From contig OZ234494.1 of the NCBI GenBank assembly GCA_965153455.1, positions 7,750,001-7,814,000 on the forward strand: a stretch of 64,000 nucleotides of DNA. The letters run 5' to 3'. Source of the stretch: Sphagnum compactum (lineage: Eukaryota). The notes under the pieces were generated by a model. The model saw only the letters and a program-made list of their open reading frames with translations, was not told the DNA's origin and ran no database searches. Positions 54,942-64,000 of the stretch are shown piece after piece. A program made the position numbers and the translations under genes. How positions within the stretch are numbered: the stretch's first letter is position 1; every line of letters starts with the position of its first letter.

Positions 54942-55888
54942 AACTCCTGGGGAGTTTCCACAGCTTGTACCTGAAGTTTGACAAGCTTTTGAGGGCATTG
55001 ACGAGTTATATGCCCTGGGTTGCCACAGTAAAGACATAGATTGTTTGTCCTTCGGCGAAGTTTCTCGGCTTCTGTCAAAGATTTAAACTTAGCTGTGTCG
55101 ATCTGCATCGGAGCAGGTCCAAAAGAGGCAGGTCGGGCAACTGGTGTTGTTTGGGGAACTAAGGGGAGCGTAGTAGGCCGACTGTTCCAAAGCTGGGCGT
55201 TGGAGGTGACTTTCTTTTCCTGGCGACGTTCGAATAGACGATTATCGCACCGAATTGCCTGGGTGATGGCTTCACTGAAGGAAGAAGGGTCTGCGAGTGT
55301 CAACAAAAGATCTTGAACATCATCACGAAGCCCACAGCGAAACTGATCAATCAAGGCAGCTTCTCCCCAATTGACGTCACAAGCAAGCTGCCTGAATTCT
55401 GAGGCATAGACGATGGCCGAACGTGTCCCTTGCTGGAGGCGACGCAGCTTGTTGGTTGAAGTCCTGGCCTTATCACTGTCCCCAAATACTGCTTCAAATT
55501 CCGCCATAAAGGCGTTGAAATCTTGTAGAAGAGGGGATGATGTTTCCAGGATGGGAGCAAACCATGCTGCAGCTGTCCCAGTGAGTAGGGTTCCAACGAA
55601 TCCTACACGAGTGGTGTCATCAAAATAACGACGGGGGTGTAGTTGCATGATCAGGCGTACCTGGCTGACAAAGCCTCGAAATTTGAGGCGCGTTCCATCA
55701 AACTTTTCTGGCAGACTGATCTTGGGCTCTTGGGCGGCCATTGCAAGAGCAGGAAGTACTGGGGTAGGAGGTGGTGGCTGATTCTGTAGGCGGGTCACCG
55801 AGTCTCTAAGCACGGCATTTTCTTGTTGAAGGTGCTGAAGGGCGGCGAGGATTTGAGTGAGATCGATGTTGGATTCTGAGTTGTCCAT
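54917..55888 (-). CDS. gag: Gag (323 aa): Ty3-type capsid with CCHC zinc knuckle
   Basis: ATG in ACCATGG context; PEKFDG...LLTGTAAAW...LQQGTRSAIVYASEF...FRCGL; PMQID; CLYCGNPGHITRQC; ends in TAG TAG. Confidence 0.95.
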   Translation of the reverse strand: MDNSESNIDLTQILAALQHLQQENAVLRDSVTRLQNQPPPPTPVLPALAMAAQEPKISLPEKFDGTRLKFRGFVSQVRLIMQLHPRRYFDDTTRVGFVGTLLTGTAAAWFAPILETSSPLLQDFNAFMAEFEAVFGDSDKARTSTNKLRRLQQGTRSAIVYASEFRQLACDVNWGEAALIDQFRCGLRDDVQDLLLTLADPSSFSEAITQAIRCDNRLFERRQEKKVTSNAQLWNSRPTTLPLVPQTTPVARPASFGPAPMQIDTAKFKSLTEAEKLRRRTNNLCLYCGNPGHITRQCPQKLVKLQVQAVETPQELENKNIQS

Positions 55889-55926
55889 GGTGGTAGTTCT
55901 CACACTTTTGCGCTTTCAATCTTCAA

Positions 55927-57353
55927 ACTTGAAACTTCAGATGCTTGGATCTCTCTCAATACAAGTCCAAATGACATGAAATTTCTCTCACACATATATT
56001 CCTATATGATCTATAAGATCACAAAGTTACAGACCTAAAAAAACTTAAACAAAGGAGATATGACCAAAAAACCAGATCTGCACTTGAAACTTCAGATGCT
56101 TGGATATCTCTCAATATAAGTCCAAATGACATGAAATTTCTCTCACACATATATTCGTATATGATCTATAAGATCACAAAGTTACAGACCCAAAAAAGCT
56201 TACACAAAGGAGATATGACCAAAAACCAGATCTGCACTTGAAACTTCAGATGCTTGAATCTCTCTCAATACAAGTGCAAATGACATGAAATTTCTTTCAC
56301 ACATATATTCGTATATGATATATAAGATCACAAAGTTACAGACCCAAAAAAGCTTACACAAAGGAGATATGACCAAAAAACCAGATCTGCACTTGAAACT
56401 TCAGATGCTTGAATCTCTCTCAATACAAGTGCAAATGACATGAAATTTCTTTCACACATATATTCGTATATGATATATAAGATCACAAAGTTACAGACCC
56501 AAAAAAGCTTACACAAAGGAGATATGACCAAAAAACCAGATCTGCACTTGAAACTTCAGATGCTTGAATCTCTCTCAATACAAGTCGAAATGACATGAAA
56601 TTTCTCTCACACATATATTCGTATATGATCTATAAGATCACAAAGTTACATACCCAAAAAAGCTTACACAAAGGAGATATGACCAAAAAACCAGATCTGC
56701 ACTTGAAACTTCAGATGCTTGGATCTCTCTCAATACAAGTCCAAATGACATGAAATTTCTCTCACACATATATTCGTATATGATCTATAAGATCACAAAG
56801 TTACATACCCAAAAAAGCTTACACAAAGGAGATATGACCAAAAAACCAGATCTGCACTTGAAACTTCAGATGCTTGGATCTCTCTCAATACAAGTCCAAA
56901 TGACATGAAATTTCTTTCACACATATATTCGTATATGATCTATAAGATCACAAAGTTACAGACCCAAAAAAGCTTACACAAAGGAGATATGACCAAAAAA
57001 CCAGATCTGCACTTGAAACTTCAGATGCTTGGATCTCTCTCAATACAAGTCCAAATGACATGAAATTTCTCTCACACATATATTCGTATATGATCTATAA
57101 GATCACAAAGTTACATACCCAAAAAAGCTTACACAAAGGAGATATGACCAAAAAACCAGATCTGCACTTGAAACTTCAGATGCTTGGATCTCTCTCAATA
57201 CAAGTCCAAATGACATGAAATTTCTTTCACACATATATTCGTATATGATCTATAAGATCACAAAGTTACAGACCCAAAAAAGCTTACACAAAGGAGATAT
57301 GACCAAAAAACCAGATCTGCACTTGAAACTTCAGATGCTTGGATCTCTCTCAA
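55927..57353. repeat. Tandem array of 155-bp monomers (9 full + partial) inside the retrotransposon 5' leader
   Basis: ACTTGAAACTTCAGATG starts at 55927, 56082, 56236, 56391, 56546, 56701, 56856, 57011, 57166, 57321. Confidence 0.98.
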
Positions 57354-57483
57354 AACATATCCTTTTCTTTTGAAACTTTGAGAGTAGAAGCGTCCTATAG
57401 TCTTCTATAACCTTTTCCAAGTTTCACTCCAATATACCTCTAGCTACTTACTGAAACAACAAAACAAACAAACAAGAAGAAGG

Positions 57484-57493
57484 AGCAGATCAA
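57484..57493 (-). promoter_or_regulatory. Primer-binding site complementary to the element's own R-region 5' end (self-priming type)
   Basis: TTGATCTGCT lies 2 nt inside the 5' LTR end and is complementary to AGCAGATCAA at 57576-57567. No TGG-initiated tRNA PBS is present. Confidence 0.75.
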
Positions 57494-57495
57494 AC

Positions 57496-57762
57496 TGTTA
57501 TGGACCGACTACAAACAAGTGGAGAATTACAAGACAAGACAAGCTTTATTGACCCATCAACTGGTGTTGATCTGCTAAAGGGTTGTTCCCCAGACTATCT
57601 CCTTTTATAACCCTGAGCCATACTAGTCCCAAAATATCCTAGGCCATGATATTGCCAAAAGTATCCCGAAATATCCTAGGCCATGATATTGCCAAAAGTA
57701 TCCCAAAATATCCTAGGACATGACATTGCCAAAAGTATCCCAAAATATCCTAGGCCATGACA
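57496..57762 (-). repeat. 5' LTR (267 bp; 3 full + 1 partial 37-bp U3 repeats; TATAAAA at 57609-57603; AATAAA at 57550-57545)
   Basis: Direct comparison with the 3' LTR; TATA and polyA motifs read on the minus strand. Confidence 0.97.
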
Positions 57763-58556
57763 CTTTGTTCCTTAATTATTGTGGCACCCAATCTCGCTTG
57801 CTTGAAGTTGCATAAAATTGTCTTTTGGGTTTCATGAATTTTATTGATAGTAAGTTACTAAGGGTTATCAAATCTTCTATCGACAAATCGTTAAGTAAAC
57901 TTGTGAAAAAATGTTCTGGAATTGACTTCTTCAAACTCGCACATTCTTTGAAGAAATCCATGGCATGTGTAAACATTGCCAAATTGTAATCTTCCATATC
58001 TTCCTTGAAAATGTGTACAATCTATTTAAATAATGCAAAACTTTTTTTGTTTATCTTTGCATTAGCCCATTGCCATGCCGCCCATTCATATGTTTTGTCA
58101 ATTACCTTTTTCCATTTTGTTCCCCATGTTTCGATTTTGAACAAATGCCAAAGGGGGTTTAGTCTGGTATCATCTCTTGGATATTCCAACGGGTTTTTTT
58201 GTCATTTCACAAATTTTATTTAGTATGGTTGAGATTAATGTGTATTCAATCATTGATTCCAAAGTGTTTGGTGTGACATTTGGTCTCAGTTTTCTTCTTC
58301 CCATTGTACAATAAAGGTTTCATGATTACAAACACGTGGTAGAGGTAGAAAGGATTCAACTAAACAATAAGGGTAGAATAAATGTAACTTCAGGTATAGA
58401 TTGGGAAAATTAGTAGTAGAGGGGGGAAAATGCAATTTGATTGTACAAGTTGCAAGAATGGTGCTAAATGCAAGAGGTTGAGAATGTGAATGAAAATAAC
58501 GAATAATTTGAAATGGTATAAACAATGTTAAGTGTTAGTGGCTACTTGGTATTGTT

Positions 58557-58734
58557 TCAATTCTTAATGGGCACATGCCTCTTGGTGGTGAATGGGTAAT
58601 GTATGGATTGGCACATACCTTTTGGTGGGTCACTAGGTTTATAATTAAGTATTGTTGTCTCAATTCCTAATGGGCACATGCTTCTTGGTGGTGAATGGGT
58701 AGTGTATGGATTGGCACATACCTATTGGTGGGTC
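58557..58734. repeat. Direct duplication of ~75 bp (period ~103 bp)
   Basis: TCAATTC(T/C)TAATGGGCACATGC..CTTGGTGGTGAATGGGTA.TGTATGGATTGGCACATACCT.TTGGTGGGTCA occurs twice. Confidence 0.85.
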
Positions 58735-59373
58735 AACATGTTTATATGCCACTGAATTGGATTTAGTTCAAAATTTGAAATGGTTTAAATGTTGCAAAAA
58801 TTCATGTTAAGGAAATATGAAGTATAAATTGAAAATTGCATTAACATGTTCAAGATAAACGAACATGAAATTATTCCATCCTATTTCTTTTGTTCAATTT
58901 TTTGCAAAAACAATTTTGTTGCCAACATTCATTTGAAAGTTCATCCATTTGATTTATCATCCATTTATCATCTAAGAATATCATTAATCCATGACATGTG
59001 GTAGAATATTCCTCCATGTCATCAAATATTTTGTTTCGTGTGTCAAATAGTATTTTGTCGATGTTAGCAAGATATTCCTGAAAAGATTCACTTGGGCTCA
59101 CTTGTTCACACCCATGTGTTCATTGCTTATGCTCACAAGATAACAACCCTGTGGACAAACACAAACACTTATAAAATACCATGCAAAATTAATGCATTTA
59201 ATCCACTTTTTGAAATCATGATTTTATAATTGTGTTTAAGAACATATTTCATTTAGAACAATGTTATAATCATTTCAAAATCGTTAATTATGGTATTTTC
59301 CACCCAAAAAATTACAAAAAGTTATTTAATTTTTTTTTTTTGAATAGGATTGAGATCGATAATTTCATAACAT

Positions 59374-60037
59374 AGTAAACCCCCCTTTATAATCACACCC
59401 ATTTTAGTCACATTCTTGTTTATGTCACAAACTTCTTGGTAACCATTTGTTTTAGTAAGAAACACCATTCTTTAGAGTCATTATCACACTTGTTAGTAGC
59501 ACAAAATATTTGCAAAGTTTTTTTATGTAAATGTGCCTATAATGGGGGAAATTGAGGGCAAATATTAGGGTTTTGTAAATTGTAGTTTCTTTTGGCATTT
59601 TTAATGTTGTTTTGTGCTCAAGTTGTGTAAATTAACAACAATGAATCCAATTGAAAAGAAAAGAAAAAAACAACTTTCTTGTGAACTTGCCAAGAAAGCA
59701 AAAAATCTTAATTAAAAAACTCTAGTTGACAAGATACACAAGCTAATAGTAAAAGAGCTCCAACTCAATGTAAACCATAACATTAAAATAGACAAAAATC
59801 ACAACCTTCTTCAAGTCTGATAATGCATAGTAGAATTTAGAATAACCCATGTAGGAAATTTAAACAATTGACACCTTTATTCTAACATTAAAGAGTTGTT
59901 TTGTAAAGTTTTTTTTTGCCTATAGTCACAATCTTGTAAGGGTTTATATGGAATGTGATTATACATGTTTAAATCACAATTTGTTAATGTCACAAAAAAA
60001 GTGGTCACCAAGGGCATGATTATAAAGAGGGTTTACT
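59374..60037. mobile_element. Non-autonomous TIR element (~660 bp), pogo/Tc1-mariner-like termini
   Basis: Left AGTAAACCCCCCTTTATAATCACACCC (59374-59400) versus reverse complement of 60012-60037, AGTAAACCCTCTTTATAATCATGCCC. No intact TA TSD. Confidence 0.6.
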
Positions 60038-60703
60038 CGAAATGAAAAATTCATCACTCTCCAAAATACTTGGAAAAGCTTTCCTCCCAACCTACTCAAA
60101 GCAATCTAAAACGAGTATCAACGTGTTGATACATGGTGGTCTAGTTTGATAAAATAGGTCTAGATTCTCAATGAATCCTTCCTTCACTCTAGGATGGTTT
60201 GTAGCAAATTTTCCAATCAACAACATCAAATGGGAAAGATCTATATACTCATTAACACATGGAATTCAGGATGGATATTCAAATTTATTTGTAAACAAAC
60301 TTCAAACTGCACATTTAGACAGATTGAAATATGCAGTTGCAACTCTAGACAATGCCTAGCCTCTTGTGACCTAGAAGCTCAAGTAGACAATAAGGCTTAA
60401 GCAAGCTCAACAATGATCTAGCAAAACATGGAATAGATCAATAAAAAGTAGATTGATCTTGAGAGCAAAACTTGTAGATTTTGTGGTATGCAACATGATA
60501 GTATATGAATTTGCAAAGATACAATTCTTGATCTGCAAAGATACATCTCTCATTTATAGAGAGATATCTAGATGATGTAATTTTTTTATTGTACACGAGT
60601 TGAAAGATCTGGCATCAATCTTATACTATCTGATCATTGGTTAGCTTGATTAGAGGTGAGATGATGTAGTTTTATTTGTATAGTTCAAAGATCTGCCAGA
60701 AAT

Positions 60704-62484
60704 CTACAGCAGATTGTTGATTAGCTCGTAGAGGTGATTGTGAAAGGCGAGAAGGAATCGAGAAGGGAGGCAAAACATCAAGTTCAAGCCGCCATCGTTA
60801 GTTCCATTCGATACCAACAATGCAAAGCCTTCTCCGCTAGGTACTGGTGGTCCTGCAAACGTGGGTTTGCCCCACCCATAATCCATCTCGTAAAATGGAA
60901 ATCTCCACCATGTTGATAGTAGTACTGCATTGTTGCCCATGGCAGGCAATCCCGTTGGATGAAGTTCTAGCCAGTCAATTGCTGATCTCACATACTCATT
61001 GTCAACTCTTGCCATTGCTTCCTGCACTTTGGTTACACAATATGATAATGGCTTTTTGCGAAGCTCATCAGCCAACACACTTGCACATGGTGAAAGAATT
61101 GCATTCCCCACAAAAGATTCTGGGATCGATGGCTTTATCTGAAGTTCAAGACACCCCAATCACCTTATCAGTGGAATGGAATTGCATAGACATAATATTG
61201 CCCAGTGTTGGAATCAACAAAACCTCAGAATTAATTCAACTCCTGCCAAGATCTTTGTACAACCTTCAAGGCAAGTCTAGGTGCATGCAGAGAAGTGTGC
61301 ATAGGTTTACTCCTTACCCGATCTCGAAAGTTGACTGAAAACAAGATCTTGGAGTGTTCTCCTGGCTTGAAGTTGATGGTTTTTGTGCGTGCAAGCCAGA
61401 AATTCGCCACAACTACTTCAAATGTAGTGCACTTGGCAACAGTTCCATCATCCATGGCCACCTTCTTCAACTGTTCAATCATGGTCGGTGTAAATGGAAA
61501 GAGCTTAGTGACAAGCTCTGCCTGGACACCAGTCAGTGTTCTTGATCTGTCAAGACCATGTTGATTTGGAGGGGCAGCTGGATCAGATGGTGGCAAACAC
61601 ATCTCCGGGTGATCAAACACTACCATAGGAGGATTGCGAGCTTTCAAGAGACTCCTGAGGTTTGATTCTGGATTGTGCAAAACTGTGTTGTTGCGAGCCA
61701 GAGAACAAAAATCTCTGTAAAATTGTACCACTGCAATTCCATCTAACATTGAATGGCTCATCCTCGACCCAACAGCAAAACCGCCACATTTGAATCTTGT
61801 TACCTGAAAAAATCAAGCAATCTCTGAGGTTGCATAATAAGGTTTCAATAACTGGAGCAACTTGATAGCCCAAACTTTCTTCCATTGCAAAGAGCCACAT
61901 TGCTTTGATGCAAATGATTATGAGTAAGTACAAGCCGTATTCAAAAGTGTTCTTTGACAATTGGATTTTACCTGAATCATAAGAAGAGGACCATGTATGT
62001 CTTCAACATCAGGGAGAGGAGCTGGAAGGACTTGTCGTAAGGCAGGATTCAAGTTGTGGAAAATGTCTCCCAAATCATGAACTGTGGATTCAGTGGAAGC
62101 AGCAATAAAGATTGCTCCTTCTCGATTGCATGCAATGTCAAGTCGTCCCCCATCCTTTTTGTTGAGCTTGAACCTACCAGCCATGAAGTGATAGGGGACC
62201 AGCAACTTTGCCATTGCTTCTCGCAGCACATCAAAAATGCCTTCAGAACTTTTGCATGGATTAGGAGGATAAATGAAAAACAACTCCACTGGGTATTGAA
62301 CCATGCGATCAATGTTGGACATGTAGATCACTTCCTCTTTGGTGGGTTGTTGTGGATACACAATCCAAACTTTGTTCACCTTCACTACCAAACTTTTGGT
62401 AGATTCAGCAGATTCAAGAGTTTCTTCTTCAATGACTGGATCATCTTGCTGGTGATCATCTTCAAGAGCAAGTTCATGAGCCAT
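60704..62484 (-). CDS. BAHD acyltransferase (~477 aa), most like the omega-hydroxyacid/aliphatic hydroxycinnamoyl-transferase group; exons 62484-61972, 61803-61318, 61138-60704
   Basis: YMSNID, YHFMAGRF, PLLMIQ|VTRFKCGGF (conserved Q intron), HSMLDG (HxxxD), FVGNA, EYVRSAIDW, DYGWGKP (DFGWG variant). Phase-0 GT-AG introns; stop at 60706-60704. An acceptor at 62497-62496 suggests an upstream UTR intron. Confidence 0.93.
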
Positions 62485-62682
62485 TGTTTCTTCCTCTGAA
62501 AGCAGATAATCATCCCCAAACATGCCCCTTACATATATACTGTATCGAAGGGGAAAATGATTCATTACTTCCATGTATACATGCAAACTGTGTGATCTTC
62601 TTGTACATATCTAGCTCTCTAATGGCTCATCATCACCACTGCCAACAGTGGGGCTTTGAATACCAAAACTGACAGGACTAGA

Positions 62683-62918
62683 GACTCGATTACCCATCAA
62701 AGGATCATACTCACCAACAATTCAGCCCCAAAACAACAAGCAGTAAAGACTTGATTACCCATCAAAGTACCATGCTCACTAACAATTCAGCCAAAAGACA
62801 ACAGGATCAAAGACCAAATTACCCATCAAGGTACCATTCTCACCAACAATGCAGCCCAAAAACAGCAGAATTACAGACTTGATTACCCATCAATGTATCA
62901 TACTCATAAACAATTCAG
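62683..62918. repeat. Tandem repeat, ~64-65-bp unit, about 3.7 copies, upstream of the BAHD start codon
   Basis: GAC...ATTACCCATCAA.G...CAT.CTCA..AACAAT.CAGC at 62683, 62748, 62812, 62876. Confidence 0.85.
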
Positions 62919-64000
62919 CACGGTCAACCGGTTTTCTTCTGGGTCAGAAAGAGATTGCATGCAATTCATGCTGACAATACGATTTCTGCCTCTAAACATT
63001 TCCTCCTCCTACCAACTCTTGACTCAGTAGTCACATCATTGGTGCTGCCTGCCTGCCTGCCTGCCACTTTGTGCAACTTGTGAACTTGGTATCATTCATA
63101 ACCCAGTAATGTACTCTAGCAAGATGTCAAAAAAATCTCAAAGCTGTTGTTGTTGTGAGTTTGGATTCAGAAGCCAATGCTATTTAGACAGACACGAAAA
63201 TCTCTTTACTTAGCAAGCTAGTTTTAGCTGAAGAATTTACCATTCTCTTGTAACCATTGTCCTGACTGAGATCCAAAACTAGATCTAACTCAGTTTGAAG
63301 ATGGAGCTTGTGGACCAGTCCTTGGAAAGCTTCAAGGACTTAGAAAAGTTGCTAAAGAGATAGATATATCTGAATATCAGATGTTTGCAAAAAGGAAAGT
63401 TGATAATGAGATAGATATATTTGAATATCAGATGTTTGCAAATGCTTTTGGGTATATTTTTCATCACAATTGCATGTTTGAGGGCTCAAGGATTCTGCTG
63501 CTCACATTACCATGGCCACAATTAGCTGGAGTCAGGATTAGATTACTGTTCTGGATTTTGCTGAAATTCAAGCAAGCTTCGGCAGTTCTCAACGTGCAAG
63601 GAATGCAGGGAGCACAAGTTCTGATCCTCCATGATGCTGATGTCAAAGGTTATCACAAAAAGCCCTTGAGTCAGCTGCAATTTCTTTACTGGGGGGCACA
63701 AAGCAAGGTTGCCCCAGATGCTCAAATCCCTTTCCTGATGGAGAAACTGCATAAGCTGGAAATGGCCATTCTTTGTGCTCCTGAGATTGACCTTACTATC
63801 AAGGTGTGGCCTAGAGTTGATGCATTCTAAGTCTGAGTAGGATCAATCAGGGAAAACCAAAAAACAGTTCCTGTTGATTTTTTGTGAGCTGGAAGAGCTT
63901 TCGCTCTCTGGCTCTAAGTGGCTGGAGAAATAGTCAAAGGAAATCCGGCTGCTGTTCTGGTCTTCTCAGGCTGAATTTTGGGGCTCATGCACAGATCTCA

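Larger units (their letters stand above)
50879..57762 (-). mobile_element. Full-length Ty3/gypsy chromovirus LTR retrotransposon (Tcn1/Tf1-sushi-like), recent insertion
   Basis: TG...CA LTRs at 50879-51182 and 57496-57762. 5-bp TSD CTTTG at 50874-50878 and 57763-57767. Domain order gag-PR-RT-RH-IN-chromodomain. PPT-like GAGGAGAGGATAA abuts the 3' LTR. Confidence 0.98.

Noticed and set aside
56328-56531. ORF within the 155-bp array as a real peptide
   Set aside because: 155 is not a multiple of 3, so frames shift from unit to unit; a chance ORF.
56070-57320. GCAGATC in each monomer matches 7 nt of the proposed self-primer
   Set aside because: Short and overlaps the AGATCT palindrome; could easily be chance.
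55927-57353. 155-bp array (and 37-bp LTR units) as a CRISPR-like array
   Set aside because: Units are head-to-tail with no unique spacers, there are no cas genes, and the context is eukaryotic.

Overview
Eukaryotic land-plant nuclear DNA with GT-AG introns. Gene content and repeat style suggest a bryophyte, possibly Sphagnum-like; this is inference only. Four apparently intact host genes: the 3' end of agmatine deiminase (+), an aldo-keto reductase with an acidic repeat tail (+), a plastid-targeted ABM/dimeric alpha-beta barrel protein (+) and a BAHD acyltransferase (-). AT-rich, heavily decayed DNA lies between them: two Helitron2/Helentron-type remnants (Rep-Pif1 helicase-AP endonuclease), a hAT transposase fragment, a Myb/SANT (Harbinger ORF1-like) fragment, a kinase pseudogene, a chain of 5'-truncated host gene copies (TPR protein + lambda-GST) and several MITE-like or tandem repeats. 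The standout is a young, full-length Ty3/gypsy chromovirus at 50879-57762 (- strand, TSD CTTTG). It has (i) no tRNA primer site but a 10-nt PBS complementary to its own predicted RNA 5' end (self-priming), (ii) a -1 frameshift heptamer plus predicted H-type pseudoknot at the gag/pol junction, (iii) a 1.4-kb array of 155-bp satellite-like monomers with a 310-bp higher-order dimer in its 5' leader, and (iv) LTRs identical by eye except for the copy number of a 37-bp U3 repeat. All calls were made by manual reading; no database search was run.
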